Below are positions 26,001-36,784 of a stretch of 64,000 nucleotides of DNA, one piece after another (the stretch's first letter is position 1; each line of letters begins with the position of its first letter). Source of the DNA: Sphyrna mokarran (taxonomy: Eukaryota). The stretch spans positions 46,004,001 through 46,068,000 of the forward strand of contig JAGIQG010000013.1 of assembly GCA_024679065.1 (NCBI GenBank). Reading direction: 5' to 3'. The notes below the pieces were generated by a model. The model was not told where the DNA came from and did no database searches. It worked only from the letters and a program-made list of their open reading frames with translations. The position numbers were made by a program, and so were the translations under genes.

Positions 26001-26881
26001 AGGCCCGATTCTCTCATCCCGACACACATGTCTTTTGATACATCAGGATGGGAGAAACAGATGTTGGCCAATTCATGGGATTCATGCATGCATTCCCGAC
26101 GCATTTGCATCTCCTAAAGCCGGACAGCAGGTGCAGTTGGAACCATGCTGGAAACTGGCGGGAAGACAGGTAGGTGGGCCAAGGGCCGAGGCCTAGAGGT
26201 GGGGCATTCTGCTGCTACTCTGCAGATAGGATCAGTCAGAGCTGGAGGGAGGCCAGTGATCAGAGGTGCGGGGGATGGTCTCCGGGGGGGGGGGGGGGGG
26301 GGGGGGTGTTGGTTGGTGGCGGCGGAGGCAGGGGGTGGGTTTGTCTACCTCCTGTGGGAGGTCTGCGACGGGCATCTGCCAGTGGCAGGGTGTGGAATGG
26401 GGATCATCATTGCTGAGGGGGTGGGGGGGGGGCAACTGGAGATTGTGAGGGGAGGGGGCAGAGGTGGGGGGGGGGTCGAGGCTAACCCAGGAATGCTTGA
26501 GCAGGGTGCAATCGGGCCTTGGGGTCTAGCTGGAGGGGCAGCGCTGCAGGGGTCCTGGGCTGGCCAGTGATCAAGCTGGACAGCAAACTGCACTCTGACA
26601 GTTCAGGGCTATTGCACATGTGCATGCTTGGCGTACACTAGCATGAATAGGCTCTGCTCTCCAAGCTTTTAATGAGATTCACAATTGTGACATCTGCTGA
26701 CCCCCACCCCTCCAGGAGGTAGACAGCCCCCACCCGCCTCCAGCCCACCTTGATCACTGGCCTTTTTCCAGCCCTGAGCAGTTCCATCTTCAGCATGGCA
26801 GAGTGCGGGAGATTCGAGACTGAGCTCCTACTGAAACAACAATCGTGAATCATTTTTCACTTTTTTGGGAGAATCGGGCTC
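26001..26881. mobile_element. GC-rich MITE (Harbinger-like) with TIR and 3-bp TSD
   Basis: aggcccgattctctca ... tgggagaatcgggctc; TGT on both flanks. Confidence 0.85.
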
Positions 26882-27482
26882 TGTATTTCTACGACTGAAT
26901 AACACGGAGATACAAAGCCAAAGAGAGAGGGGGAAAAAAATCAGCATTTTCGTTGGAAACAATTTCATTCTTTTCGGCCTCTCACAGAAAAGGGAGGCTG
27001 AAGAACTGTGGAATGTTGCATGTTTTCTCAAATCTGTGTTTTGACATTCACCATTAGTAATCTATGGAAAACACATTTCGACAACTAAGGAGTTATCTGA
27101 TTGTAAATTTCCAAAGGGTATTCAGTTTATATCAGACCCAAGACACTGGAGACTGAAAAGCTGCAAATAGAAAACTTGGTGAAACGGAGAGTCAGCAGCA
27201 GGGTAGATGTTTATAGCAGAGTGATGCTTATATATGACAATCCTGGAAGTAAGCTTTTAAAAAGGTGTTATTTTGTATAGTTTTCTTTAGTGTATGGAAT
27301 GAGCTTTGCGATCAAATTATCTTTCACATGGCCACATTATTTGAAGTAATTTCAATTTAAAAAAAATTCTTTGATTTTACTTTGGAAAAGACCGCAACAA
27401 GTTAACGGGCAAGACAGCCAGATTTTTTAGTTAGTACCCCAGCAGTGGTGATGTCCAAATATGGCATATAATTTAAAAAAAT

Positions 27483-27902
27483 CAAAGACTTACACTTTAA
27501 TTACATCTTTCGTGTTCTCAGGACATCCCAATAAAATATTTTGAAGTCAAGTCACTGTTGCTTGCAGGGAATGCAGCAGCCAATTTGCATTCAGTGATAT
27601 CTTACAAACAATGTGATAAAGATTAGAAAATATTTAGTAATGATAGTAGAATGAATGTTGGCTGGAATATCAGGGAAAAAGCCCCTGCCTTCCTTTGAAA
27701 TATGGATTTCTTAAATCTACACAATAAGGGCAGAAGAAGCTTCAGTTTAATTTCTCATCCAAGAGACCAAACGTTGAACAGGGCAGCACTCCCTCAATGT
27801 TGTGCTGGACTATCAGCTTAGATTTCTTTTCAAAGACTTATCTCTTGATCTATAACTTTCTAACTCAAGAGATGAGAAGGCTGTACTAAGCCAAAACTGA
27901 CC
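27483..27902 (-). mobile_element. DeuSINE (SacSINE1/AmnSINE1-related)
   Basis: cagtttaatttctcatccaagagac..cagggcagcactccctcaatg matches the Deu core; tRNA-like head at the right end. Confidence 0.8.
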
Positions 27903-27999
27903 TAATAATGTTCCCAGTAATTTGCACTGATGTAAAGAAATATAGCTGTTCTGATTTTGGATGTGTGCAGCAATGAAGCAACAGTATTAGAACAACAGG

Positions 28000-28450
28000 A
28001 GTGTATTCATATAGCACCTTTAAAATAGTTATATATATAAAGGCATTTCACAGAAGTGTTATCAATCAAAAAGCAAGCCACCAAATGCAAAGTCAAAGAG
28101 GTAGATTTTAAAGACTGACTTGAAAGGAAGGGAACGAGATCAAGAAGCAGAAAGATTTAGGGAGGGAATTTCAAAGGTTAGGGTCTAGGTTGCTGAATAC
28201 ATGGCCACTGATAGCTGCAATATTAATGCACGAGACCAAAAGTGGTGAAGGATAGTGTTTTCAGAGGTTGGAGTAACAAAGAGGGGTAAGGTAAAGCTGG
28301 GATTTCGATACAAGGAACAGAATTTTAAAACTGAGGTCACATTAGGACCACATTAGATCAGCAAGCAGAGGGGGGAAGGAATGCAGAACATAATTCAATT
28401 TAGGATATGGCAGCAGAGTCTTAGATAATTCAAGTTTATGGAAATTGTTG
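28000..28450 (-). mobile_element. L2-like LINE 3' fragment
   Basis: gtattcatatagcacctttaa tail; gatttagggagggaatttc..gggtctagg. Confidence 0.6.
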
Positions 28451-28789
28451 AAAAAGCCTTTTCAAACCTGCTGCTCTAGTTAAAGAATGCTCAGTGGACT
28501 ACAGGCTACTTATATCAGAATTTAATGGACTTGATCAATTACATGTCTGCTGGAAAATGCACAGATCTATTCTTTAATTATTTCATGGGACGTAGACATC
28601 ACAGGCAAGGCCAGAATTTGTTACTGATCCCCAATTGTCCTTGACAACCTAGTGACTTGATTAGCTATTATACGTGACAAATAACAGTCTTGCTTTGGGT
28701 CTGGAGTTACTTATAGACCAAACCAGATAAGGATGGTAGATTTTCTTCCTTAAAGAACACAAGTGATTTGAACAATTGGACTTGGATTC

Positions 28790-30450
28790 ATGGTTACTGG
28801 GGATTGTGTATTTCTATGGTACATATGACCACGACCTGTGCACACAAAGTGATATGTTGGTGGTGCAGGAGATTCCACCAGTTTGGCTACAGGCATGACA
28901 TGAAGAACGTGAACATTTTATAGTAACCCTTTAAATTGTAGTCTTTTGTCATCATTTCTACACAACCCAGCGATTTGACATTCACTATGGCCTCTCTCTC
29001 TTCCTTTTTATATTTTTAAGAAGCCCTTATTCTGTTTTTATATTACTTGTTTGTTTACCATTGTTAGTTTATCTTCTCCCTCTATTTTATTTTGGCTATA
29101 TTTTGTTGGTTTTTAAAACTTGCCCAGTCCTCTGGTTTACCACTAATCTTTGCCACATCATGTTTTTTTTCAGTTTAATCCTGAATTCCTTGACAAACAT
29201 GGTTGATTTATCCTCTTCCTAGAATTCTTCATCCTTGCTGGGATATATGTTTGTTGTAAGCCATGAACTATTTTTGTGCATGGTGGCAGAATGTTAGCTC
29301 TGTTGCATGACACGTTTCTTATTCTCAAACTTAATTCTGCCATAATATTGTCTCATCCAGTACTGAGACTCGTGGCTTATAGTCTACTTTGGTTGTGATG
29401 TTAAGGCCCATGATATAGTCTGAAAACTTCTCACATGCCCATGCAAGTGTGAGGGTTCATTTTTCTACGATGACATATTTCATCTCCATGTCCAGCAATC
29501 TTTTCCAATCCTCTATAATAAACCAGTAACTTTCATCTAGTTGGTCCACTTCAAGGCCTGTAAATAAGGCATCTGCTGTCATGACGGTGGGCAAAAATGT
29601 GTCATAGTGGATGCTCCTAAACAAAACCCTCTGCTGTTCTGTAACCTATACCAAATCAAAGATATTGCCAGCTGCTTCATCATTCCCAAGAATCATCCAA
29701 GATAAGGAATCAAGGATGGAGTTGGGAATTTGCTAATAGCTTTTGTTTTCTCCATTAGATCCATGGTTAAAAAATGTAAGTATATGTTTAGCTTTAAAAA
29801 GTTGCAGAAACTCAAAGTGGCATTGCCATACATTTGAAGACAAAGGGTTTTCCCACATCTGCCTTTTTTGCAAGGTCCTGCTGCAATGGCACTGGTGCAC
29901 AGTCTTGAAAACATTTTAAACAATGGTTGAATTGACTCACTTGAAACTTCTGTATTTCGGTGCAATGCTGATTCTTTAGTCACAATTGTTCTAAAAAAAA
30001 TCTTTTTTCTTTTCAAGCATTGGTATGGTATTCTAGTTTTTCTAACAGAGTTTTTAAATGGCTATTTCTAACCATTGAACTATTTAAATGTTTCTCAAGG
30101 CTTGCCTTAAGCTGGAAGTTAAAAGTTTTAGCTCATCCAGCCAAAGCTGCTGCCACTATATTCTAACTATTGAAGTTGGAGTTTCCAATGATTCTACTGA
30201 ATCTTCTGTTGCTGTAATGCCTTCAGCTTTGAAACCTTTCTTTTCCCTAACAATGTTTCTCTGCACGTTCATCTCTCTCTGTTCTTCAGGTCAGAATGCT
30301 ACTGCAAATTTTTCTTCAGTCTTTCAGGATTTTACTTTTTCTCTGCATTTCTTGCGATGTTTTTGTTTTTTCCATTCACTGTCACCATGTTATATGGTGC
30401 TGGATACCATTACCAATGTATGTCTTATGAAATATTTATGGTCTTAAGTG
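28790..30450 (-). mobile_element. Internally deleted Gypsy element (LTR end, PBS, RT/RNase H, integrase tail) with a CR1 fragment at ~28960-29280
   Basis: aaca|TGGTGACAGTGAATGG PBS at 30372-30387; EKTKAISKFPTP..FLGMMKQLA; HYDTFLPTVMTADA; AWACEKFSDYIMGL..VDYKP; integrase-tail-like VCTGRGHMYHRN near 28810. Confidence 0.85.
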
Positions 30451-30769
30451 GGATATGGTATGTATTTAGAAATTTAGAATCATTGAGCTTTACAGCATGG
30501 AAACAGGCCTTTTGGCCCAACTTTTCCATGCCACCCAGTTTTTACTATGTATTTACTAATGACAAGAACTATCAAATATAAACAGTTAAGGGTTCAAGCT
30601 AATGTCTCCAAATTGCTCATGCACACAGCCCTGTCCAACACTGGATTGACCCCAAGGTGTAAGTCATGTGTTCTTTTACATCATTGTATGGACAGTACTG
30701 TATTCAGTCCAATGTTAATCCTATGTGTGCCAGACCTTTATACCACGGTAGGTACCTATGTATATCTTG

Positions 30770-31350
30770 ATCACTGGATCCCCCTCCTCTGCAAGTTCCT
30801 CCCCAGCCCAGGGAAAATGTTCAAATCCTGGCATCATGAAGGCAGACAGCCATGTGGATTCTAGCTTTTAGCTGCAGACAACTGTGTTTACCCTCCTGAC
30901 TATAGTATCGCCAACTACCACCTCATTCCTATTAAATCCTCCCACTTCCTGTGGCTTCCTGTATCATGGTGCCACAGTGAGTTTGCTCATCTACCACTTC
31001 CATTGATTTAAGCTTCAACAACTTTGAACCTGTTGGACAATTACAAAATTTGATACTCTTTCACTTTTACCTCCTCTGTCTCCATACCTGCCTCACTCGT
31101 AGTCTGCTGTTTCTGACCACTGATTAAATGCCAAGACTTTGTCTTTCGAATTATAACTGCTTTCTGATACAAACCGTTCAAAAAATTTTTCCGTCTTTGA
31201 TGTACTTGAATGTCTGCAGCTCAGCCTCCAACTCAATGTCTCCAAACTGAAGCTCAAACTGCAGACATTTACTGCAGACTTGTTTTCCCTGGTTGATCCT
31301 GGTGCCCAGGAACCCCCACATTCTGCAGTCACAATAATTTACCTGCTTAA
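30770..31350 (-). mobile_element. CR1 ORF1 remnant
   Basis: Antisense counterpart of 18080-18720 (aggcagacagccatg, ctatagtatcgccaactacc, cagctcagcctccaactc). Confidence 0.7.
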
Positions 31351-32884
31351 CCATCTTTGTGTTAATTTATTTTTCTTAATCAATTGATTTTGAATAAACA
31401 CTGTTCTGCCAATAATATTCAATACTAGTAGTAAACCTTAGCACAACTATTAAAAATGTACAACTTATTATACATTACACAAGTTTTGAATACAAATCAG
31501 CAAGATATTTACCCATCAACCTGCTTTCCTGTGATGTTGCAGTTTGATTTCTCTCAGAATCCAATATCTTTGTTCTGGAGCTGCAGACTGGACTAGTTTG
31601 GATAGCTCTAGGTGATAGTTACTACCTCCAGGTCCTCTTTTTGCCACCTGCTTTCTCTGCAGATTACTTTCATGTTATGAATGCAACCAAATTCTCACAT
31701 GTACTCAGGACCCTTTCTCACCTATGATTGGAACTCTATTAAAAAATACAGCTAAAACTTTCATCATGATGAATATATTATAAGTGGCACCTTTGTAAAT
31801 GACTCTTCTGAAAATAAAAATGTCTCTCTTTTTTTATTCCTTTCCTTTACTACACAATTTTCATCAGAGGACCATTTGTCTTACAAATATTTATTGGTTC
31901 AGCAAACTAAGAATGGTGTAATTTACACAATAAAGTGGCTTTCTGTCATCATTTCTAGAATGGTAATGTGGTGAGATAGATCACACATTCCTTGGAACCC
32001 ATTTGATTTTTGTTCTGTAATGGAATGAAAATCAGATGGGTTCTTGTAAGGGTCATGAGTATCTCAGTGGTGAGGATGGAAATTTATCCTTATAACTCAC
32101 TTATTCAGTAAAGGCAACATATAATCAACTTCTTATTTCAGATTTTTATCCATGGTATTTTTCTTTTAAATTATATATGATCAACTTCATTTGTGGTGGT
32201 GAAGACTCTTGGATTTTTAATCACAACTGCCACACAACCATCCCCCACACCTCCCATAATCAAATATCCTGCTGGTATTCAATTTTCAAGTGCACGGATA
32301 AAGATTAGTCACTTAAGAGAGACACATCTTCAAGACGGGGATAGAAAGAAATTAGGCAGCAGCAACACAGTGACGCAACTTCATCACCAGTCACTTTAGC
32401 TTTCTTGGATTTATTTCTGAAACCTGATAAGGGTTTCTAAGTCAATAATGTGAAATCTCCCCTATGATAAAGAAGCAAGCTGCAGTACTTACATCACCTG
32501 CTTCAGTCATCTACCCCATTCAACACGGAAGCACTCAAGTTACTGAACCAGGTTATTCTTAATGCTGGCTGGAATTGAATAGAATCAACAATTCCCTGCT
32601 CCACTGGTCAGTAATTATAAATAAGTTGCCATCAACATTACAGTACCTCAACATTGGACTTCATTCCCATCCCCACTCTCATGTCTACAGTTGGCTGTCA
32701 CTTTTCCACTTAGATAACACTTTGGACTTTGACATTCCTTCCTGAGGCCAAGACTATTTGCAGATGTTAAATCTACTGCCTCACAGGGAAACAGTCACTC
32801 ACCAGTCTCCCCACCCATCACTCCCCACCCCGCCTTCCACCAGGTGCCTGCATCCAGGCAAGTAAACAGTGAATGGTTAAGCAT

Positions 32885-33390
32885 GTGAACATACATACAA
32901 ATATATTAATTAGGAGTAGGTCATTCAGCTCCTAAGCCTGCTCTGTGATTTGAGAACATCATGGCAAAATCTGAACGTAGTCTTGACTTCATTTTCCTAC
33001 CTGCCTGCCCCCATAACACTTGACTTCCTTGCCTATCAGGAATCCAACACAGCTTTGAATACATTTGATCATCCAGCTTCTGCTGCTTTGAGAAAGCACA
33101 TTCCACAGGCTAATGACTCTCTTGTGTGAAAACATCTCAAATGTCTTAAATGGGCAACTCTTTAACGTTAAACTATCAGCTGATCCTCAGGCTCACCCAT
33201 AAATGAAAACATTCTTCCAGTAACCACCCTGTCAAGTCCCCTCAGAATTGTATACATTTGGTATGTTCACATCTCATTCTTCTAAACTTTAATGGGGAAT
33301 AAGCCCAATCTTTCTTCATATGACAACCACTTTATCCCAGGGATCATCTGAATGGACCTCCTCTGAACAATTTCTAATACACTGCTGATT
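32885..33390 (-). mobile_element. CR1 3' fragment
   Basis: LEIVQRRSIQMIPGIKWLSYEERLGLF; (catac)n-like tail. Confidence 0.85.
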
Positions 33391-36300
33391 CTTGAACCTA
33401 CCTCTACAAAAATGGCCTGGTGAGCATGAAGTGAGAGGGAACCCAAAAATATCACACTGGCCAGCATGCCAGTTTCACAACCCTATTCCCAGTATCAGCA
33501 ATTTGTGTCAAAGAGGGGATGACAGGGCTACCTGGCCAGCCAAGTTAGATAGCCAATTAGGTTTATTAACTACCTTAAGGGCATTCAAAGGAAACTGACA
33601 ATGATGTTTCAGTTATCCTCCAGTTTCCCAATGCAAAAGGGGGAAGTATGAAGATTTGGAGTCAGGCACCTAAGCCACAGTTTGGAGCATTAGAGCTCTA
33701 GGCATGCCTGCCTGGTACAGGTGAACCTAAACAGTGATCTGTCAAGATATTCCACACCCAGCCCCTTACAGTCAAGACCTGGTTGCATCTTCTGCATTTT
33801 GTTTAAATTTGTAATAAAGTTGGCAAGGGGCTCCTCCAAGTTGAAGTGCCTTGTCAGTATGTTACCTATTGCTACCTCTTGCAGTCTTGCTGAGGATGGA
33901 AGGCCTCTGATTGGCTGCCATCTTAACTTATATAAGGAACATTCCTCCATGCCAATTAAAGACATGCCTCCATAAAAATGTCAGATCAGTGACCACTTCC
34001 TTCTAAGAGCAGATTCAGGACATTAAAAACCATTCCAATTCTTGTTCCCCAAAGAAAATTTGTCATTGTCTGAAAATTTTGCATTGATTTTGATTCAAGA
34101 AACTGCATTCTTACAATGGTACAATAAAATTAAAAGTCTGTTAAATAAACATGTAAATAGTTAGTTAAAAAAAGGGTTTAAAGCTGCTTTAATCCAATAG
34201 GATGTTCAATCACAAGTCAAAATTTAACAAGTAATTTGCATTGCACTAAGACAATTTAAAGAGTCAGCATTAGTAACGTGTTTACATTTGAAGCAATTGC
34301 CTGAAATGATGCAGCAGGTTTCACATTTTTTATCAATTTAAAGAGGGCTTGTAAAATTAATTGATTAACAAAACTTTTAAATTGTTAAATTTAATAGGAA
34401 CTCAAGGTTCAATGTCACTTAACATTTCACGTAAAATGAGAAATAAGTCACAGATTTTAAACTGAATTACCTGGACTCCTGCACAACACAACTATCAGAA
34501 TATTTAAATGTAGCAAACTGGTATGAATTTATTAATACACTGGCAGATTTTCAAAAAGTTTTCTTTAATGCAATGAGCAGAATGATTTCTTTCTGTGGTA
34601 TGATGATTCTACATTCGTCAGGAAGTGTGTTAGAGGTTAATACAGATGGAAGAGCTCATTTAAGTAAAAAAAAAATGCCATGTTACCACAGTTGAAGCAT
34701 GATGTTGCCTCAATGGTTCTCAAACAGATTCTTGTCAAATGCAGGGACATCATTTTTCAGAAATGGTCAGTGCCATCATTTCAGCTCCTGGGGAAATATT
34801 TTGTAGCAACAATTGTAAATGTTACATCCTGAGCTTTAGTGAGAGTTTGATGTTTTTTTCCCTTCTGCATTTTCCATGGAACCTAGAGGTTTTATGATTC
34901 ATATGGTTACTATATCACCAATCCTGCTAATAGAATTTTCTCTATTTAGAAGGCACTTCATCAAACAGCAACATTCCTTTAAATCATTTATAATACCTGT
35001 AACCACCTGTAAACTAATACTGTAATCAGTACTAACACAAGCACATTTCATTCAGACTGCACTTGTGCTTTATGGTGTGAGTTGAAAGATTGAGTGGGGT
35101 TTTGTTGGTTCTTTCACAGCTCATGAACTTCACAGATCTTGGCAACTCACACCAATTAATGTTACGGAAAATTTAAGCTTAGAAAGGCTAAATGACTTGA
35201 GTTGTGCCAGTGGGAAGTAAACTAGTTTTAACAGAAGCATTTATTTTTCCCTTTTTGAAATGATTTATGTCACCACCACTGTAATTAGTTTCTCCAAACC
35301 CACTCTACATATCCATGCACCAACAGTTTGAACAGGATGTTAATCAGGAGTAAATTTAATCAGTGAAACAATAGGTCTCGCTGAATTTGACATGAGCAAA
35401 ATGAAACACCTGCTTGGGAGTACTTCTCAGGGCTATCCTTATCACAGTGAGGCCAGCAATATTTTTATACTGAATCAGGGGAACGCAGTAGGTTGTGCTT
35501 AAGTACTCAGTGCACAGATCAAAGTCAAAACAATTTGCTGTGCTTCCATTTCACATTAATGCCTCTGTCATCTTGCAACTGTTCACTCACTCAGGCAATA
35601 CATGAGAGATATGACTAACACAACACACAGGGTACCGTCTGTTATAAATGCCTTTACTAATATCTGAAGGTGCCCTATGCTATCATAATGTGCACTACAC
35701 CATAAATATAGCAGAGTTTTTTTTTAATTTAAATTTAGTTTTAAGATTTCTACTCTTATTGGATTGGTCCGTAAACCTCTGCTTTTGTGACATATTCAGG
35801 ATTGTCATTTTACAATATAAAAAAGTGTGCTCCCAGCGATAGTTTAATAACTCTTTTGATTAATTGACATTCTTTAGAAAATTAAAGCAACAAGAAAGAA
35901 ACTTTTTCACATTAGAGAATATGAAGTCTAATACAAAGAGTATTAAATGTAATAACTGCAGTGCTGAAACTCAATGGAGAGACTACTGAATTGCAGTATA
36001 GAATGACGAAGCACAATAGCCATCACCAAGACCATTCTTCAGGGAGGCTAGACATTTGGAGTTGCAAGTTGTCCACCAGCCATGCCCCTTGGAGCCATTC
36101 ATCTCCCTCCTTCCCTTCACCCCTGAAACTGACAGCAGCCAATGGTAAATAACACATTTGGGATGTGCTTCCCTAGTTTCCATTTATGCATTCAGCATTC
36201 CTAACCCATGGTCTTTATTGCTTATCCATTATCCTGGTCATTCAACCAATTCTTATATTTTCCCACTATTGCTGTATCTCAACAGTAACCTGACCCTTGC

Positions 36301-36604
36301 TGGTATCTTAATATTATGAGACCCATGGGTTGGGAAGAATCTTGCCACAATGCAGATTTTACCCACAGAGAGGAGAACACAACTGTGCATCCAGTTGCTT
36401 CAAATATCAGTCACTGTAATTGATCAGATGCACTGACCTTGATGTCCACCTGCCTGAAAAGATAGTCCTCCCATATTGAGAGATCACACTGGCTAACTGT
36501 CTGGTCAAGGTCAAATTGGAAAAATAGTGTGTCAACTTTCAAACACGCCCACGACCTCCAACTTCCCTTATCACCACAGGCAACCCAATGTCACCATTAC
36601 TCGA

Positions 36605-36784
36605 AGATAAAAGCGAAATACTGCGGATGCTGGAATCAAAAACAAAAGCAGAAAACGTTGCAAAATCTCAGCAAGTCTGAGAGTATTTCTGAAGAGAGAA
36701 TAAAGCCAATGTTTTGAGTCTGGATGACTCTTCATCAGAGCTCAGACGAAGGGGTGTCCAGACTTGAAACGTTGGCACTATTCT
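36605..36784. mobile_element. Penelope-type terminal derivative ending in an 88-bp palindrome with two decayed hammerhead cores
   Basis: Arms 36697-36740 and 36741-36784 are reverse complements; inferred consensus CTGATGAAGAGTCATCCAGACTCGAAACGTT. Confidence 0.75.

Noticed and set aside
26284-26306. G23 homopolymer as a functional element
   Set aside because: It lies within a G-rich MITE, and homopolymer length is unreliable in assemblies.
24629-26593. Many overlapping Pro/Gly-rich ORFs (also at 7250-7950 and 11000-11600)
   Set aside because: Stop-poor frames expected from GC-rich, strand-skewed MITE interiors.
30088-30447. 119-aa plus-strand ORF
   Set aside because: Antisense to the 5' region of a Gypsy remnant; no recognisable domain.
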